From assembly GCA_951406725.2 (NCBI GenBank), contig OX597833.1:64480001-64544000 (forward strand): DNA of 64,000 nucleotides, given 5' to 3'. A program made the translations under genes and the position numbers. Positions within the stretch are counted from its first letter, which is position 1. Each line of letters opens with the position of its first letter. Source of the DNA: Octopus vulgaris. Taxonomy: Eukaryota. Below are positions 55,890 to 64,000 of the stretch, piece after piece. Under the pieces are notes generated by a model. The model worked only from the letters and a program-made list of their open reading frames with translations. It did no database searches and had not been told where the DNA came from.

Positions 55890-56093
55890 CATATAGCTAC
55901 AATTCTCTGTATTGTGTTAAACGTGCATTACCTCGACCGGTGCCTTTCCTGTATTTGCTGTTCTTGGTAGCAGTAAGTGTTCTCTTCAGAAGGTTTTTCA
56001 ACACAGGCCGGTTTGAGGGGATATAAAATCTTCAATGGAGCAGGCCATTAATCGCATTACGAAACACAAGAGATTACATGATTCTATTATTCT

Positions 56094-56324
56094 TTTATTG
56101 TCTTATTTTTTCAGTCATTTGACTGCGGACATGCTGGAACACGGCCTTTAGCCGAGCAAATCGACAACGGTACTTATTCTTTGTCAGCCAAGTACTTATT
56201 ATATCGGTCAATCTTGCCCAACCGCTAGGTACCTGGGGGCATAAAATACACCAGCATAGGTTGTCAAGCGATGTTGGGGGTGGCAAACACAGACATACAA
56301 ACATATACATATATACATACATAC

Positions 56325-56385
<61 letters not shown>

Positions 56386-56780
56386 TGTGTGGTAAGTAGC
56401 TTGTTTACCAACCACGTGGTTTCGGGTTCAGTCCCACTGCGTGGCACCTTGGGCAAACGTCTTCTACTATAGCCTCGGGCCGACCAAAGCCTTGTGAGTG
56501 GATTTGGTAGACGGAAACTGAAAAGAAGCCCGTCGTATATATGTATATATATATATGCATGTGTGTGTTTGTGTGTCTGTGTTTGTTCCCCTAGCATTGC
56601 TTGACAACCGATGCTGGTGTGTTTATGTTCACGTTACTTAGCGGTTCGGCAAAAGTGACCGATAGAATAGGTATTGGGCTTACAAAAGAATAAGTCCCGG
56701 GGTCGAGTTGCGCGATTAAAGGCGGTGCTCCAGCATGGCCGCAGTCAAATGACTGAAACAAGGAAAAGAGTAAAAGAGTA
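56094..56780. mobile_element. SINE family A 3' half (-, 56094-56330) next to a near-full copy (+, 56382-56780)
   Basis: Both match 46843-47253; separated by (TA)n. Confidence 0.8.
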
Positions 56781-57156
56781 TATCAGTTGTAAGTGAAAAG
56801 ATATAGATATATATGCCCATGTATACTGAAATTCACATGCATATCTATTTCGTATGTATATATATATGTATTTATAAAACCGCCCACATAGAGACACATT
56901 GCGCACACACACATGCGCGCACACACACACACTCATATATAGTTGAAATTTATAGAAAAAGCAGAAGACGAAGAGAGGTGTATGAACAACAAGCAAGTGC
57001 ATTACTTTGACACTCGAGAAAAATATAGAGGTCTTTAACATTTCGAGCCTACGCTCTTCAAGAGAAACGAATGAGAAAAGATATAGCGACGGAATTTTAA
57101 AAAAATGGAAAAAAAATTGTACAGTTCAGCGGTCTAACATTACGATATATATATCT

Positions 57157-57383
57157 GCGGCGAGCGAGCAGAAAAGTTAGCACGCCGGGCGAAGTGCTTA
57201 GCGGTATTTCGTCTGCGTTACGTTGAGTTCAAATTCCGCCGAGGTCGACTTAGCCTTTCATCCTTTCGGAGTCGATAAATTAAGTACCAGTTACGCACTG
57301 GGGTCGTTGTAATCGACTTAATGCCTATGTATGTCCTTGTTTGTCCCATCTGTGTTTAGCCCCTTGTGGGTAATAAAGAAATA
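57157..57383 (+). mobile_element. SINE family B
   Basis: Match to family B copies. Confidence 0.85.
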
Positions 57384-57400
57384 TATATATATATATATAT

Positions 57401-57610
57401 AACGGGAAGCTTTATGAAAATAGACAAAAGACGAAGGCAGGTGGAAAACAAACGAACAATTGTATTAGTATGGCGCTCAGGAAATATAAATAAAACAAGT
57501 CTTTAACGTTTCGAGCCTACGCTCTTCAACAGAAAGATACACAGAGAGAAAAAAAACACAGAAAGAAGGAGAGAAAAAAAATGCGTGCAGTAGCTAACGA
57601 ATCAATATAA
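57401..57610 (-). mobile_element. Penelope-like terminal fragment with variant minimal hammerhead (57501-57536); related degraded copy at 57033-57068
   Basis: Minus strand reads CTTT-CTGTTGA-A-GAGC-gtag-GCTC-GAAACGTT-AAAG. Confidence 0.45.
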
Positions 57611-57857
57611 GAGAAAATAAAAATACAACAAACGGGACAGTTTATGCGAACAAGTTCAAGGTTGAAAGTTCAAGGTGAGAAATGTGTAGACGTCGTGGTA
57701 TATTTTTTAAGGATTTCACATCAATGCAAAGTCACTTTGATCCGCGAAAGAGAGGTGCAGCCAATGGTAAGTATCCAAGAGGTAAAGAAAATCCAAGGTA
57801 GAGGTAAGTGTTGATAGTGGTATTGGTAGAATATAGGATGAAAGTGAGACCACGTGA

Positions 57858-57948
<91 letters not shown>

Positions 57949-58889
57949 CACACACTGACAGAAGGAACTTGAAAGATGTAGAGAGATAGAGTGAGAGAAA
58001 GGGAGAAAGGGAGAGAACGGGGATGGAAATAGAGACTCACACACCCATATTTAATTTCTTCATATTCATTTAATATTCAGGAAATATTCAGTTAACGTAT
58101 GTATTCATACATTCATATATTCATGTCTATTAATGCCTCTTTTCTTATAACACATACGTAATACATATATACATACCTACATAAGTAGCCACATACATAC
58201 ATACATACATACATACATACGTAAATACATTCACACATACATATATACTTGCATAAATATTTATATACATATAGATGTGTGTGTGTATGTGTGTGGACTG
58301 ATATATATATATATATATATCTGTTCATATGTACACGTACTTTGATGGAAATATAAATATGTATATTCGTATGTATATGTGATGTGTGTTATTTTATGTC
58401 TACGGGCATGTGTGTATATATATATACATATATATATATATACATATGTATATATATACATATATATAGGCACACACACACACACACATATATACATCTG
58501 CTGGGTAGCAAGAATAAAAATCAATCATTGTTGAATCTCCGATTAATTCGATTTGACATATGAAAGCCACACAAGCCTTTAGGTAAAAGGTTGGACACAT
58601 TGTTTAAGTTTGTTTTCTTTTTCCCTCCTATTTCTTCTTCATCTTCTTCTTCTTCTTCTCCTCGCCCTCCTCCTCCAGTTTTCTCCCCTTCTTCTTCTTC
58701 TCCTCCTCCTGCTCCTCCTCTTTCTCTTCTTTTTCTCCTTCTTCTTCCATGCACAAGTCTCCAATCTAATCAAGAAGTAATTTACATTGTTTATACTGGG
58801 CATGCACAAAAAGATGGATAACATTTGTAAATATAATTGCGTTGCAGCTAATTCAAATGTTAAAGAATACCTACCAAGTGCATCGCACT

Positions 58890-58920
<31 letters not shown>

Positions 58921-59217
58921 GACACAAACAGGGGCAGAATCACATACATCCATACACACATACATACTTATTTATATATATGTATATATACAGACACACA
59001 AATGTATATATATATATATGTATACATTTGCAATGTGATATACTTATATATATATATGCGCGTGTGTGTGTGTGTGCTTTCTGTGTTTATATTTATAATT
59101 ACATACATACATATATGTTTGTACAAGAATGCATATATGTATATACGTTTGCATATATGCATATATATGTATATATATATATGCATATATATGTATATAT
59201 GTATGTATATATGCATA

Positions 59218-59295
<78 letters not shown>

Positions 59296-59378
59296 TATGC
59301 ATATATAGATACACACACATATCTATGGCTATCCAAACGGACGTACATGAATATATTCATACATAGATACATGCATAC

Positions 59379-59434
<56 letters not shown>

Positions 59435-59663
59435 CTGCGTGTGTGTGTGTATGGGGAAGGATAGAATGATATTGAGATAGTGAGAATGATTGAATGCAAT
59501 ACACGAATATAAAACAAACATAATTCAATAGACCTCATTATCTTCCTCTGTTTCAAATTGTCTCTCGCTCACATCTGTCTACCGCCGCCCTTCGCCCCGC
59601 TTGATATGTCCTTCCTGTCCCTCTTTCTCTTTCTCTCTCTATCAATTTTGTCTCGCTGTCTGT

Positions 59664-59700
<37 letters not shown>

Positions 59701-59941
59701 CCTCTCGCTGTGGAGATATAGAGATGCTGTGAGTGCGAGTACGTAAGAGGGTGAGACAGAGAGAGAGACAGAGAGAGACAGAGAGAGAGAGTGAGAGTGG
59801 CGAGGGAGATACGAGGAAAGAGAGAGTGAGACAGAGAGAAGTAACTGGAAAAAGAGAAAACTACAGCAAGATTTAAGAGAAATAAATTGTAGGTGTATAA
59901 ATATAAATACCTGTCTATATATATGTATATGTATATGTATA

Positions 59942-60029
<88 letters not shown>

Positions 60030-60094
60030 TGCATATATACAATTACATATTTATATGTATACATATATATATATCCACATATGTTTGTATATAC

Positions 60095-60133
<39 letters not shown>

Positions 60134-60147
60134 TGTGTATAGTTTTG

Positions 60148-60181
<34 letters not shown>

Positions 60182-60242
60182 CTATACCCATATCTATCTA
60201 TCAAGCCATCTACCTATCTCTTCCTCTCTCTATCTCCCTCGC

Positions 60243-60293
<51 letters not shown>

Positions 60294-61017
60294 GTGTGTG
60301 TATGTGTGTGTGTGTGTGTGTGTGTGTCTGTGTGTGTGAGAACCTATGCGTGTGTGTATGTAAGTATATATTCGTACGGGCGCGGTCACATATCCTCATC
60401 TATGTGTCACCGTTTGTCTGTGTGCCTCATTTCTCTCTCACTATCTCTCTTTCTCTCTCTTTCTCTCTTTCACTCTAACTCTCTCTGTCTCTTTTTCCCT
60501 CTCTCTCTCTCTCTCTTTCTCTCTTTCTCTTTCTGAGTGTGTGCCTTCTTATAAATTTGCCTATGAACTCTTTGTACATGTATGCTTCCAGTAAATGATT
60601 GTTTAAGATCAATACAAATAGTTACAACCTCGGGCTATAACTGTCTTTAGTGTAAATGGAAATTTAATTACAATGTGGAAAAGACAATCACACACAGAAA
60701 CAAACACGCACACACATCTATCTAAAAATACGCACAATGACACACACACACACATAGATATGTGTGTGTCATTACATATGCATATATGTATAAGCATGCT
60801 CTATCTGTTTAATCACGCGTATATTGATGTATGTAATTATAGACACATATGTATTTATACGTATACATAAATGCATATACACATACATACGTAGATGTAT
60901 ATATACATTTACACATGTTCACATTTACATATATAAATACACATACACATACATACCGGAATCTATATATACACATATATGTATATATGTGCATATATAT
61001 ATGTATATAATAATATT

Positions 61018-61076
<59 letters not shown>

Positions 61077-61197
61077 ATGTACATATATATATATACATAT
61101 ACATATACATATATATACATATATATATACACACAAACACACATATATATATAAATTTTATATGTATATATATACATATATATATACATATATATAC

Positions 61198-61239
<42 letters not shown>

Positions 61240-61250
<11 letters not shown>

Positions 61251-61979
61251 TAAATATATATTTATTCATTTGTACATGTATATTTACATACTCACATTCA
61301 CATCTATTTCCAGGCTATGCAAAACAAAACAATGAAATCATTGTTTTTAAATCAATTTATCTAGCAACAGAAAATAGAAACATTTCGTTTCCTTCATTAA
61401 AATCCATTATATTTTCATAATGATTTCCTCCTATTCCTTTCTGTAATTTCGCAGACGCGTATAATACATAATACAATATAACATATAAGACAATCTAATA
61501 TATCTCGTGATGTTTTTCTTTAAATATATTTTAGTCATCAATTATTTTATTGTTTGTCTCGGTTATGTTATATCACTCGAGCGGCCATGCTGTATCACTC
61601 ATCAAAGATGGCTTTCGTTTCTTTCCAGACTATATTTGACGCCATTACCTCTTTTAAATTTTAGTCTGCTGACCTTATTTTATTGATTTTTATAATTCTT
61701 AAATCGTTGATTTATTTACTGTCTCGATGTAAAAGGAAGCTAGATTCATATTTTACGTCTTATGTGATTATATATGTATATATATATATACACGCATATA
61801 CGCTCTCTTTGTTTTTATGTTTGGCTATTAGATAAATCATAGCGTAATATTATAAAATATTGTTTGTGATCCATATTTATCCCATCAGCAAAATGATAAA
61901 ATGCAAAACAATGCATACTTGGACAAGCATGGTTTATTTGTTTGTTAATGCCACTGAATGAAGATAAACACGTACACCA

Positions 61980-62046
<67 letters not shown>

Positions 62047-62274
62047 CTTTTACTCTTTTACTCTTTTACTTGTTTCAGTCATTTGACTGCGGCCATGCTG
62101 GAGCACCGCCTTTAGTCGAGCAACTCGAACCCGGGGACTTTATTCTTTTGTAAGCCCAGTACTTATTCAATCGGTCTTTTTTGCTGAACCGCTAAGTGAC
62201 GGCGACGTAAAAACACCAGCATCGGTTGTCAAGCAATGCTAGGGGGACAAACACAGACACACAAACATATGCGC

Positions 62275-62318
<44 letters not shown>

Positions 62319-62375
62319 ATACTTAAATACATTTATATATATATTTATATATATACTTATATACATATTTATATA

Positions 62376-62408
<33 letters not shown>

Positions 62409-62549
62409 CGTATATATATATATATATATATATACATAAACATATATACGTATATACATAAGCATATATATATATGTATATGTACATATATATATATATA
62501 TATATATGTATATACATACATATATATATATACATACATATATATATAT

Positions 62550-62622
<73 letters not shown>

Positions 62623-63359
62623 TAAATATATATTTATTCATTTGTACATGTATATTTACATACTCACATTCACATCTATTTCCAGGCTATGCAAAACAAA
62701 ACAATGAAATCATTGTTTTTAAATCAATTTATCTAGCAACAGAAAATAGAAACATTTCGTTTCCTTCATTAAAATCCATTATATTTTCATAATGATTTCC
62801 TCCTATTCCACTTTATTGAAACGGAGTAACTGGCCTTATAATTTATAATACAATATAACATATAAGACAATCTAATATATCTCAGTGATGTTTTTCTTTA
62901 AATATATTTTAGTCATCAATTATTTTATTGTTTGTCTCGGTTATGTTATATCACTCGAGCGGCCATGCTGTATCACTCATCAAAGATGGCTTTCGTTTCT
63001 TTCCAGACTATATTTGACGCCATTACCTCTTTTAAATTTTAGTCTGCTGACCTTATTTTATTGATTTTTATAATTCTTAAATCGTTGATTTATTTACTGT
63101 CTCGATGTAAAAGGAAGCTAGATTCATATTTTACGTCTTATGTGATTATATATGTATATATATATATACACGCATATACGCTCTCTTTGTTTTTATGTTT
63201 ATGCTATTAGATAAATCATAGCGTAATATTATAAAATATTGTTTGTGATCCATATTTATCCCATCACGTAAAATGATAAAATGCAAAACAATGCATACTT
63301 GGACAAGCATGGTTTATTTGTTTGTTAATGCCACTGAATGAAGATAAACACGTACACCA

Positions 63360-63424
<65 letters not shown>

Positions 63425-63640
63425 CTTTACACTTTTACTCTTTTACTTGTTTCAGTCATTTGACTGCGGCCATGCTGGAGCACCGCCTTTAGTCGAGCAA
63501 CTCGAACCCGGGGACTTTATTCTTTGTAAGCCCAGTACTTGTTCTATCGGTTTCTTTTGCCGAACCGCTAAGTGACGGCGACGTAAAAACACCAGCATCG
63601 GTTGTCGAGCAATGGTAGGGGGACAAACACACACACGCAT
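61240..63640. repeat. About 1.37-kb tandem duplication
   Basis: TTTATTCATTTGTACATG at 61261 and 62633; near identity through the following SINE tail. Confidence 0.9.
62047..62270 (-). mobile_element. SINE family A, 3' half
   Basis: Tail-region match; part of the 1.37-kb duplication. Confidence 0.8.
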
Positions 63641-63796
63641 ACACATTTATATATACATATATACGACGGGCTTCTTTCAGTTTTCGTCTACCGAGGCTAT
63701 AGTAGAAGACACTTGCCCAAGGTGCCACGCAGTGGGACTGAACTCGGAACCATCTGGTTGGTAAACAAGCTACTTATCACACAGCAACATCTGCGC

Positions 63797-63798
<2 letters not shown>
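63426..63798 (-). mobile_element. SINE family A with a small internal deletion
   Basis: Reverse-complement match to 46843-47253. Confidence 0.85.
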
Positions 63799-63856
<58 letters not shown>

Positions 63857-64000
63857 GTATATGATTTAAGTTAGAGAACGAAGTTCGACAAATTTAATCA
63901 TATTTTCTAGAAATGGAAGAGATTAGATGTTAATATGGTATAAAACTTTTTTATTTATTCAATTCGCTAGACGATCGTTTCATACAGGAAGACATAAATT

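Noticed and set aside
55930-55995. Minus-strand CTGAAGA..GAAA..GTC hammerhead-like string
   Set aside because: Stem I is plausible but stems II and III do not pair; at best a decayed remnant.

Overview
AT-rich, microsatellite-dense eukaryotic non-coding DNA. The SINE families and the (TA)n/(TATC)n/(TAT)n landscape suggest an octopus-like cephalopod (inference). No intact protein-coding gene is supported; nearly all supplied ORFs are microsatellite translations. The window is a patchwork of tRNA-derived SINEs, non-autonomous Helitron/Helentron elements, a hAT MITE, mariner and Tx1/L1 LINE remnants, and Penelope-like terminal fragments. The main result is a near-perfect tandem array of a 485-bp monomer (51434-55688, about 8.8 copies) inserted in a (TA)n tract. 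Each monomer carries a complete type I hammerhead ribozyme motif (CUGAAGA / GAAA / GUA site, 8-bp stem I, palindromic stem III, unusually extended stem II). The 5' part of the array is inverted in a twin-priming-like way. This looks like a young retrozyme made by rolling-circle reverse transcription of a self-cleaving circular RNA. A second, older hammerhead-bearing repeat of about 355 bp lies 1 kb upstream, and several more hammerhead motifs occur in Penelope-like fragments. All folds were derived by eye; ribozyme activity and novelty were not tested.
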